Below are positions 54,460 to 61,955 of a stretch of 64,000 nucleotides of DNA, piece after piece; positions within the stretch are counted from its first letter, which is position 1; every line of letters begins with the position of its first letter. This DNA comes from an uncultured Pseudomonadota bacterium (GTDB lineage: Bacteria; Pseudomonadota; Alphaproteobacteria; Rhizobiales; Xanthobacteraceae): the NCBI GenBank assembly GCA_963805535.1, contig CAWDUV010000005.1, positions 67,414 to 131,413 of the forward strand. Reading direction: 5' to 3'. The notes under the pieces were generated by a model, which saw only the letters and a list, made by a program, of their open reading frames with translations, made no database searches and was not told the DNA's origin. Made by a program: the position numbers and the translations under genes.

Positions 54460-55575
54460 ATGGCGAGCGTCCTGTTCACCCCGATCACGCTGCGCGGCCT
54501 CACGCTGCCCGACCGCGTCGTGGTCTCGCCGATGTGCCAGTACAATTCCGACAATGGCTCGGCCAACGATTGGCATCTGATGCATCTCGGCTCCTTCTCG
54601 CTCGGCGCCGCGGGCCTCGTCATGTGCGAGATGACAAACGTCAACCCGCAGGGGCGCATCAGCCCCCGTTGCGCCGGCATGTGGTCGGACGACAACGAAA
54701 AGGCGCTCAAACGCGTGCACGATTTCTGCCGGCAATACGGCGTCGCCAAGCTCGGCGTGCAGTTGGCACATGCCGGCCGCAAGGGTCCGCAGATGCCGCC
54801 GGCCGCCGGCGGCAAGCCGATCCTGGAAGGGCCGGACGCCTGGACGCCGGAAGCGCCCTCCGCCATCCCCTATGACGAGGGCTGGCCGGTGCCGCACGCC
54901 ATGAGCAAGGACGACATCAAGCGCGTGATCGGCGAATTCGCGGCGGCTGCCAAGCGCGTCGACCGCATCGGCTTCGACGTGATCGAGCTGCACGGCGCGC
55001 ACGGCTATCTGGCGCACCAGTTCCTCTCGCCGATTTCCAACCAGCGCACCGACGAATACGGCGGCTCGACCGAGAACCGCATGCGCTTCGCCATCGAGAT
55101 GTACGAAGCGGTGCGCGCCGTGTGGCCGGAGCAGAAGCCGATCGGCATGCGCGTCTCCGCCACCGACTGGGTCGACGGCGGCTGGACGCCGGAGGAAACC
55201 GTGCTGCTCGCCAAGGAGCTGAAGAAGCGCGGCATGGACTACATGGATGTAACCTCCGGCGGGTTGTCGCCGAAACAAAAGATTCCGCTGTCGCCCGGCT
55301 ATCAGGTGCCGTTCGCCGAGAAGGTGAAGAAGGAAAGCGGCATCACCACCATGACGGTCGGGCTGATCGCCGGCTATCAGCAGGCGGAGGACATTCTGGC
55401 CGCGGGCAAGGCCGACCTCATCTGCATCGGGCGCGCCGCGATGTGGGACCCGCGCTGGGCCTGGCACGCGGCCGAGGAATTGGGCGCGGAAGCGCCCTAC
55501 GCGCCCAAGACCATGCCGTGCCATCCCAAGCTGCGCCCGCAGCTCTTTCCCAAACGCGCGCAGGCGGCGGGCTAA
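54460..55575 (+). CDS. NADH:flavin oxidoreductase (Old Yellow Enzyme family, YqjM/NamA type)
   Basis: 371 aa: ...RVVVSPMCQY...HAGRKG...ELHGAHGYLAHQFLSP..NQRTDEYGGS.ENRMRF... are OYE motifs. Confidence 0.9.
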   Translation: MASVLFTPITLRGLTLPDRVVVSPMCQYNSDNGSANDWHLMHLGSFSLGAAGLVMCEMTNVNPQGRISPRCAGMWSDDNEKALKRVHDFCRQYGVAKLGVQLAHAGRKGPQMPPAAGGKPILEGPDAWTPEAPSAIPYDEGWPVPHAMSKDDIKRVIGEFAAAAKRVDRIGFDVIELHGAHGYLAHQFLSPISNQRTDEYGGSTENRMRFAIEMYEAVRAVWPEQKPIGMRVSATDWVDGGWTPEETVLLAKELKKRGMDYMDVTSGGLSPKQKIPLSPGYQVPFAEKVKKESGITTMTVGLIAGYQQAEDILAAGKADLICIGRAAMWDPRWAWHAAEELGAEAPYAPKTMPCHPKLRPQLFPKRAQAAG

Positions 55576-55585
55576 ACGCAACCAC

Positions 55586-55677
55586 CCGTTCGTCCCCGCG
55601 CAAGCGGGGACCCAGAGCTAATTAATTCACGCTCTCAGTTCGCGATCCTGGGTGCCCGCTTGCGCGGGCACGAACGG
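55586..55677. repeat. REP-type long palindrome ('ccgttcgtccccgcgcaagcgggga...cccgcttgcgcgggcacgaacgg')
   Basis: Two arms of about 28 nt each carry their own hairpin. They are separated by an AT-rich centre (agagctaattaattcacgc). Confidence 0.7.
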
Positions 55678-55694
55678 AGAATGGAGGCGCGCTC

Positions 55695-56583
55695 ATGATT
55701 TCGGCAACGCCGTTCGGTGAAAAGAAATTCGCCACCGTCAAAGGCAGGCGCATGGCCTATGTGGAGGACGGCAGCGGCGACGCGATCGTGTTCCAGCACG
55801 GCAACCCGACCTCGTCCTATCTCTGGCGCAACGTGATGCCGCATTGCGCCGGCCTCGGACGCCTCATCGCCTGCGACCTGATCGGCATGGGGGATTCCGA
55901 CAAGCTCGAGAACTCCGGTCCCGGCCGCTACACCTACGCCGAGCAGCGCGACTATCTGTTCGCGCTGTGGGACGAGCTCGCGCTGGGGAACCGCGTCGTC
56001 TTGGTCATCCACGACTGGGGCTCGGCGCTCGGCTTCGAATGGGCGCGGCATCACCCCGAGCGCGTCGCCGGCATCGTCTATATGGAGGCGGTCGTGACAC
56101 CGGTCACCTGGGCCGACTGGCCGGAGAACGCGCGCCGCGCCTTCCAGGGCTTCCGCTCCGCCAAGGGCGAGGAAATGATCCTCGCCAACAACATGTTCGT
56201 CGAGCGCATCCTGCCGGCCTCCGTGCTGCGCAAGCTCACCGACGAAGAGATGGCCGAATACCGCAGGCCCTTCGCCAATCCCGGCGAGGACCGCCGCCCG
56301 ACGCTGACCTGGCCGCGCATGATCCCGATCGAGGGCGAGCCCGCCGACGTCGTGAGCATCGTCGAAGATTATTCGGCCTGGCTCGCAAAGAGCGACGTGC
56401 CCAAGCTGTTCATCAATGCCGAGCCCGGCTCGATCCTGACCGGCCGCCAGCGCGAACTCTGCCGGCGCTGGCCGAACCAGACGGAAATCACCGTGAAGGG
56501 CCTGCACTTCATCCAGGAGGACAGCCCGGACGAGATCGGCAAGGCGGTGGCGGATTTTGTGAAGAGAGTGCAGGCCCCTCTAA
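55695..56583 (+). CDS. Haloalkane dehalogenase (HLD-II, DhaA/LinB/DmbA-like). The stop is restored by removing one C from the cccc run 56575-56578
   Basis: [13 protein letters not shown], the nucleophile motif IHDWGSALG, ...PIEGEPADV..., ...GLHFIQED.... As given, the ORF runs to 56882 through a REP and into the convergent gene. With ccc the C-terminus is ...DFVKRVQAL* (TAA 56581-56583). Confidence 0.85.
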
Positions 56584-56689
56584 GTCATTCCGGGACGCGC
56601 CGAAGGCGCGGGCCCGGAATCCAGGGGCCGCGCATAGCGCACATTGCTCTGGATTCCGGGCTCGCCGCTCCGCGGCGCCCCGGAATGAC
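56584..56689. repeat. REP/MITE-like element, 'gtcattccgg...ccggaatgac' family
   Basis: gtcattccgggacgcgccgaaggcgcgggcccggaatcc ... ggattccgggctcgccgctccgcggcgccccggaatgac. Confidence 0.75.
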
Positions 56690-56698
56690 GGCGGAAGG

Positions 56699-57265
56699 TT
56701 ATGCCCTCACCCTTACGATAAACTTCGCAAACGCCGCCAGCTGCAGCCGGATGATGTCCTTGGTCGCTTCGTCGGTCAGCGCGCCGGTCGCCTCGTCGAA
56801 CTTCTTGGCGGCGAAATTGACGAACACCTCGGGCTTGCCGAACAGAAAAGCGTCGAGCGTGGTGAGCGCCATGCGCAAATGATACTGCATGCGCGCGCCG
56901 CCGACCTGCCCGGCGGAGGCCGATTGCAGCGCCACCGGCTTGTCCTTGAACGGAATGTCCTTCAGCCGCGAGGCCCAGTCGATGGCGTTTTTCAGCCCGC
57001 CCGGGATCGACCAGTTGTATTCCGGCGAGACGATGACCACCGCGTCGGCGGCGCGGATGGCGTCGCACCAGGCATTCACGTCGGCCGGCACGCCGGCGGA
57101 ATTGTGCCGGTCGACATCGTAGATCGGAAAATTCTCGAAGGACGGCGCCGCGCTGAACGCCATTTCCGGCGGCGCCAGGCCGGGCAACGCGCGCGCGATC
57201 GCGGCGTTGAACGAGCCCTTGCGCAGCGAGCCGCAGATCGTCAGCACGTTCAATTGCTCGGCCAT
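56699..57265 (-). CDS. NADPH-dependent FMN reductase (ChrR/YieF-like)
   Basis: 188 aa: [13 protein letters not shown]...[21 protein letters not shown].... Confidence 0.85.
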   Translation of the reverse strand: MAEQLNVLTICGSLRKGSFNAAIARALPGLAPPEMAFSAAPSFENFPIYDVDRHNSAGVPADVNAWCDAIRAADAVVIVSPEYNWSIPGGLKNAIDWASRLKDIPFKDKPVALQSASAGQVGGARMQYHLRMALTTLDAFLFGKPEVFVNFAAKKFDEATGALTDEATKDIIRLQLAAFAKFIVRVRA

Positions 57266-57329
57266 TTGGTCCTCATTGCATAATCGAAAAACAACGCGCG
57301 CGGTCCGCGCTTAGTTCGTTTTTGTGTTT

Positions 57330-57378
57330 GCGCGTGATCTTATCCGAAAACCGGTACCCACTTTTCGGGATCACGCGC
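57330..57378. repeat. REP-type palindrome ('gcgcgtgatc..ccgaaaa...ttttcgg..gatcacgcgc')
   Basis: A 10-bp outer stem and a 7-bp inner stem. It overlaps the last codons and stop of the FAH gene. It is a widespread Rhizobiales palindrome. Confidence 0.65.
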
Positions 57379-58249
57379 CCTCATCCTCGATCGGATTGCG
57401 CAAAATCCCCACGCCCTCGATCTCGACCTCGACGGTGTCGCCTGCCTTCATCCACACCGGCTCGGGCTTGCGCGCATGGCCGACGCCGGACGGCGTGCCG
57501 GTGAAGATCATGTCGCCCGGCTCCAAGGTCATGCCTTCGCTGAGATAGACGAGCGACTCGGCAACCGGGAACATGAACATGTCGGTATTCGCCGACTGCA
57601 TGGTCTTGCCGTTGAGGCGCGTCTCGATTCCGAGACCCTTGCCGCCTTTCGGCAGGTCGTCGGCGCTCACCATCCAAGGGCCGACGCTGCCGGTGCGGTC
57701 GAAATTCTTGCCCATGCCCCATTGCGTGGTGTGGCGCTGATACTCGCGCACGGAGCCTTCCATGCCGCAGCTATATCCAGCGACGCAGTCAGTCGCATTG
57801 TCGAGGGTCAGGTGCTTGGCGCGCTTGCCGATGATCACGACCATCTCGCCTTCATAGTCGAGCTGGATCGATTTCTTGGGCCGCACCAGTGGCTGTAGGT
57901 GCGGCGTGAGCGACGTCAACATGCGGAAGAAGATCGACTGATATTTCGGAATATTGTCGCGCTGCGGGCCTTCCTTGACGTGGTCGAGATAATTGAGCCC
58001 CAAGCAGACGATCTTGCCGGGGCGCGTGACCGGCAGCGCGTAGTTGAGGCCGGCGAGGGGGCGGCGCGCTTCCGCTTTGGCGATCTTGGCGAGATCGCCG
58101 AGCGGCTTGAGCTCGCCCTTGGTCCGGCGCAGCACGTCGCCGAGATCGGCCGGCAGCATGGGGTCCACCGCCTGTAGATCGACGACCTGATCGCCCTCGA
58201 CCAAGCCTAGCCGCAATCTGCCTTCCGCTTCGAAGCCGACGATTTTCAT
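57371..58249 (-). CDS. Fumarylacetoacetate hydrolase family protein (possible fumarylpyruvate hydrolase)
   Basis: Start MKIVGFEAEGRLRLG (ATG 58249). ...KIVCLGLNYLDH...LDYEGEMVVIIGK...GDMIFTGTPSGVG.... Confidence 0.8.
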   Translation of the reverse strand: MKIVGFEAEGRLRLGLVEGDQVVDLQAVDPMLPADLGDVLRRTKGELKPLGDLAKIAKAEARRPLAGLNYALPVTRPGKIVCLGLNYLDHVKEGPQRDNIPKYQSIFFRMLTSLTPHLQPLVRPKKSIQLDYEGEMVVIIGKRAKHLTLDNATDCVAGYSCGMEGSVREYQRHTTQWGMGKNFDRTGSVGPWMVSADDLPKGGKGLGIETRLNGKTMQSANTDMFMFPVAESLVYLSEGMTLEPGDMIFTGTPSGVGHARKPEPVWMKAGDTVEVEIEGVGILRNPIEDEGA

Positions 58250-58330
58250 GAGCCCCGCCCCAGCGCCTTCATGCGAACGCCCGGCCGGAGCGGCCGGGCG
58301 AGGCAAGGCTTAGCGCAGGCAATTCACTTT

Positions 58331-58503
58331 GTCATTCCGGGGGTGCCCCGGATGCGGCGCAGCATCCTCGCGTTCGCGCTGCGCGCACCGCGAGGACAGG
58401 CTCCGCGAAGCGACTGCTCCGCTGATCCGGGGGCGTTCCAAGCTCGCAGTGTGAAACGGTCCCGGGTCTGCGGCGCACCGCTATCGCACTGCGTCCCGGA
58501 CAC
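58331..58503. repeat. Composite REP element (variant of the 'gtcattccgg' family fused to a 'gcactgcgtcccggacac' module)
   Basis: gtcattccgggggtgccccggatg... ...ctgatccgggggcgttcc...cgcactgcgtcccggacac. It lies between the FAH start and the egtD stop. Confidence 0.6.
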
Positions 58504-58508
58504 GAGCG

Positions 58509-59504
58509 CTACCCCGCCGCGCGCAGCGGCGGCTCGTCGGCAAGCTCGAAGGCCTGCATTGAGAAATAATCGCGCGAATCTGTCCAGGCCTTGAGCGGCC
58601 GCCACCCGGCGCCGCGCGCCAGCGCCGTGAGCTTCTCGATCGAATACTTGTAGCTGTTCTCGGTGTGGATGGTCTCGCCGGCGCGGAAGTCGATGGTCTC
58701 GCCGTTGACCCTCACCTTCTGCCGCTTGAGGCTGGCGAGATGCATCTCCACGCGGTGACGCTCGCGGTTGTAGAAGGCGTGATGCTCGAAGCTGGCGAGA
58801 TTGAAATTGCCGCCCAGCTCGCGGTTGATGCGGGTGAGCAGATTGAGATTGAACTTGGCGGTGACGCCTTCCTTGTCGTTATAGGCGGCGTTGAGCACCT
58901 CGGCCGGCTTGATCAGGTCGGCGCCGACGATCAGCCGCGCGCCGGGCCCGAGAATCTTGCCGGCGTGGCGCAGGAAGGCGGCCGCCTCGTGCGGCTCGAA
59001 ATTGCCGATGGTCGAGCCGGGGAAGAAGCCGACCCGCACCGCCGCCGCACGCGCCTCCGGCGGCAGTGCGAAGTCTTGCGTGAAATCGGCGGCGACCGGC
59101 AGCACCGTGAGCGCGGGAAAATCGGGGCGCAGTTCGGCCGCCTCCTGCTCCACCATCTCGCCGCAGATGTCGACCGGCACGTAGCAGGCAAGCTGCGGCG
59201 CGGCCTTGAGCAGAATGCGTGCCTTCTTGTTGGAGCCGCTGCCGAACTCGACGAGCGCGGCGCCTTTCGGGATCAGCTTGGCGATTTCGGCGGCCTGCGT
59301 CTCCAGGATGCGCATCTCGCAGCGCGTCGGGTAATATTCCGGCAATTCGGTGATGCGGTCGAACAGATGCGAGCCGGTCTCGTCGTAGAAATATTTCGGC
59401 GGCACGCGCTTGGGGCTGGCCAAGAGGCCGCCGATCACGTCGGAGGCGAAACCATCATCCTCGTCGCCCGGCAGCGGACGGCTGTTACGTGCAAGCGCGG
59501 CCAT
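58509..59504 (-). CDS. egtD: L-histidine N-alpha-methyltransferase (ergothioneine biosynthesis EgtD)
   Basis: An aaggag RBS lies 7 nt upstream of ATG 59504. ...PKYFYDETGSHLFDRITELPEYYPTRCE...EFGSGSNKK...GFFPGSTIGNF...NAAYNDKEGVTAKFNLN...IHTENSYKY are canonical EgtD motifs. Confidence 0.9.
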   Translation of the reverse strand: MAALARNSRPLPGDEDDGFASDVIGGLLASPKRVPPKYFYDETGSHLFDRITELPEYYPTRCEMRILETQAAEIAKLIPKGAALVEFGSGSNKKARILLKAAPQLACYVPVDICGEMVEQEAAELRPDFPALTVLPVAADFTQDFALPPEARAAAVRVGFFPGSTIGNFEPHEAAAFLRHAGKILGPGARLIVGADLIKPAEVLNAAYNDKEGVTAKFNLNLLTRINRELGGNFNLASFEHHAFYNRERHRVEMHLASLKRQKVRVNGETIDFRAGETIHTENSYKYSIEKLTALARGAGWRPLKAWTDSRDYFSMQAFELADEPPLRAAG

Positions 59505-59523
59505 TCCCGGCTCCTTTCGATTT

Positions 59524-60789
59524 TCACGCAAACTCGGCAAGGCGCAGGCCGCTGAACTGCCAGCGCGACGGCGGATAGAAGAAATTGCGGTAACTCAGTC
59601 TCTGGTGTCCGTGCGGTGTCGCGAGCGAGGAGCCGCGCAGCACCATCTGGTTGACCATGAACTTGCCGTTGTATTCCCCGAGCGCGCCTTCGGCGGCCCG
59701 GTAGCCTGGATAGGGTAGATAGGCGCTGCGTGTCCATTGCCAAGCGATGCCGAAGGCGTCGGCGATGAGCCCTGCGCCCGCCGCCACCTCCCATTCCGCC
59801 TCGCTGGGCAGGTGTTTGCCGGCAAAACGCGCAAAGGCGTCCGCCTCGTAATAGCTGATATGCGCCACGGGGGCAGCTGGATCGACGGGCTTTAACCCTG
59901 CCAGCGTCATCGACTGCCAGCCTGAATCCGTGCGCCGCCAATAGCCGGGCGCTTGCCAGTCCTCCGCCTGCACGGCGGCCCAGCCGTCGGAGAGCCAGAG
60001 CGCGGCCGTCGCGTAGCCGCCGGCGTCGATGAACTCCATCCACTCGGCATTGCTGACCAGATGGCGCGCGATGCGCATGGCGGGAATCAGTTCGTCGTGG
60101 CGCGGCGTCTCGTTGTCGAAGCAGAAGCCGTCGCCGTCGTGGCCGATTTCGTGAATGCCGGACGGCACTTCGACAAAGCCGCGCGGGCCTTGTGTGGCGC
60201 GCGGCGGCCGCCAGTTCGGATCGTAAGCGGGGTCGGTCGGGTTCTGCGCGAAGGCGTGCAGGATGTCGGTGATCAGCAACTCCTGGTGCTGCTGCTCGTG
60301 ATTGAGCCCGATCTCGAGAATCTCGAATACGCGGGGCGCATCCTGCGCCGGCACGGCCTCGATCAGGCGCGCGACCGCACGATCGACATGCGCGCGATAT
60401 TCGGCGACGTCTTCGCCGTTCGGCCGCGTGATCAATCCGCGTTGCGGCCGCGCATAGCGCGGGCCGGCGGCGACATAGTAGGAATTGAACAGGAAGGGAA
60501 AGCGCTCGTCATAGATCTCGTAGGACGGATCGTGCGGCTTGAGCAGGAAGGTCTCGAAGAACCAGGTCACATGCGCGCGATGCCATTTGGCCGGCGAGGC
60601 ATCCGCCATCGACTGCACGATCTGGTCCTCGGCCGACAGATGCGACGCCCGCTTTTCCGTCTCGCCGCGCACGCGCGCGAAGGCGTCGCGCCAATGCGCG
60701 CGCGCTTCGTCAAGCGACGGTTCGGCCTCAGCCTGCCCGGCACCTTTGGCGCCATCGCGCGAGACTTGCGAAACTGCGGTACGCGCCAT
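59524..60789 (-). CDS. egtB: Ergothioneine biosynthesis sulfoxide synthase EgtB (DinB_2 + FGE-sulfatase domains)
   Basis: 421 aa: ...SPAKWHRAHVTWFFE...IGLNHEQQHQELL... (DinB-type His triad region) and ...WEWT.. -like WQWTRSAYLPYPGY...RGSSLATP.... Confidence 0.85.
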   Translation of the reverse strand: MARTAVSQVSRDGAKGAGQAEAEPSLDEARAHWRDAFARVRGETEKRASHLSAEDQIVQSMADASPAKWHRAHVTWFFETFLLKPHDPSYEIYDERFPFLFNSYYVAAGPRYARPQRGLITRPNGEDVAEYRAHVDRAVARLIEAVPAQDAPRVFEILEIGLNHEQQHQELLITDILHAFAQNPTDPAYDPNWRPPRATQGPRGFVEVPSGIHEIGHDGDGFCFDNETPRHDELIPAMRIARHLVSNAEWMEFIDAGGYATAALWLSDGWAAVQAEDWQAPGYWRRTDSGWQSMTLAGLKPVDPAAPVAHISYYEADAFARFAGKHLPSEAEWEVAAGAGLIADAFGIAWQWTRSAYLPYPGYRAAEGALGEYNGKFMVNQMVLRGSSLATPHGHQRLSYRNFFYPPSRWQFSGLRLAEFA

Positions 60790-61079
60790 GGGTCGTCTCC
60801 CGGCCGCTATTCATTGGTGATGCGCAGCCCGAGCTAGGTAAGAGTACGTTCAATGAATGCAATAGTTCCATCCGTCGCACCCCCGGGCAACCCGAAATCT
60901 GACGCTGCTCACAGCCTGACACAGACGTGATTAGCGCATCATGACAGGTTGCTAAGTCACCCGCTCGCCGCATTTTTTTCGATTTTCACGAAACGCGCCT
61001 TAAGTTGCATAACGAACTTTGACGCGCGCAACGCTTATCGCGCATGGCGTGTCGGGCCGGCCCGTGCTTGTGGAAAATT

Positions 61080-61156
61080 TGGTAGCGGGGGAGGGATTTG
61101 AACCCCCGACCTCCGGATTATGATTCCGCTGCTCTAACCAGCTGAGCTACCCCGCC
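61080..61156 (-). tRNA. tRNA-Met (anticodon CAU), elongator type. tRNA-Ile2 (lysidine) cannot be excluded by eye
   Basis: The minus strand reads GGCGGGGTAGCTCAGCTGGTTAGAGCAGCGGAATCATAATCCGGAGGTCGGGGGTTCAAATCCCTCCCCCGCTACCA, 77 nt. It folds as a cloverleaf with a GCTC/GAGC D-stem, a CU-CAU-AA loop, GGGGG/CCCTC T-stem with TTCAAAT loop and an encoded CCA. It lacks the initiator features (the 1:72 pair is G:U rather than the C:A mismatch, and there is no 3xG:C anticodon stem). Confidence 0.9.
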
Positions 61157-61294
61157 ACGGGTTCCGGCCGCCGGCCGGAATGGGGCGATATAGGGAGCCG
61201 CTTCACAACCTGTCAAGCAAGCCCGGTTTTTGTCGATGCGGGGTGCGCGGGCGCGCGCCCGCGAGCCCGCCGCAAACGATTCGGCGTTCCCGCC

Positions 61295-61942
61295 TCAGGC
61301 CCGCCCGAAGCGGACGAGCGCGAAATGGCCGAGCGGCGCTATGGCGCGCCGCTCCAGCAGCGTGACGCCGCCGTGGCGCGCGGCCCAGTCGGTCAGCCGC
61401 CGATAGGGGAATTCCGGCCGCCAGCCCAGCCGCCGCGCCACCGGCGCAAAGCACAATTCGAAGGCGCGGCGCAGGCCTGCCTCGGCGCCAATATGGTTGA
61501 CCAGCACGATCTCGCCGCTCGGCTTGATCACGCGCGCGAACTCGTCGAGCGTCGCTTCCGGATGCGGCACCGCCGTGATGACGAACTGCGCCACCACCAC
61601 GTCGAAGGATTTATCGGGCAGCGGCAGGCGCGCGGCATCCATGACGGCAAGCAATTCGACATTGTCGAGCTTGTGCTCGTGCACGCGCTGCACCGCCTTG
61701 CGCAGCATGGGCTTGGAAATATCGCAGCCGACCAGCCGGTTGACGCGTGCATAGTCCGGCAACGAGATGCCGGTGCCGACGCCCACTTCCAGGATGCGGC
61801 CGCCTTGCGGACCGCAGGCCTTTTCGGCCGCCGCGATCGCCGCCCGCCGGCCGGGATCGAACACCGCGCCGAAGACGAGATCGTAAACCGGCGCCCAGCG
61901 CGCATAGGCGCGCGTCACGCTTTGTTTGTCGATGTCCCCCAT
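61295..61942 (-). CDS. Class I SAM-dependent methyltransferase (phosphatidylethanolamine N-methyltransferase/UbiE-like)
   Basis: Start MGDIDKQSVTRAYARWAPVYDLVFG (ATG 61942). Motif I is ILEVGVGTGISL, plus ...FDVVVAQFVI...IKPSGEIVLVNH. It resembles the Rhodobacter-type PmtA. Confidence 0.7.
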   Translation of the reverse strand: MGDIDKQSVTRAYARWAPVYDLVFGAVFDPGRRAAIAAAEKACGPQGGRILEVGVGTGISLPDYARVNRLVGCDISKPMLRKAVQRVHEHKLDNVELLAVMDAARLPLPDKSFDVVVAQFVITAVPHPEATLDEFARVIKPSGEIVLVNHIGAEAGLRRAFELCFAPVARRLGWRPEFPYRRLTDWAARHGGVTLLERRAIAPLGHFALVRFGRA

Positions 61943-61955
61943 CGCCCGCGAGAGT

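Noticed and set aside
9357-56578. Programmed ribosomal frameshifting as an explanation for the split genes.
   Set aside because: I saw no slippery heptamers or downstream pseudoknot-like context, and none of these gene families is known to use recoding. The events map to short homopolymers and go in both directions, which fits indel errors.
60790-61294. A tRNA-Met-associated genomic island or integration site.
   Set aside because: There is no integrase, excisionase or phage gene on either side. I did not see a direct repeat of the tRNA 3' end in the window. The flanking genes (egtBD, methyltransferase, mnmA) look chromosomal.
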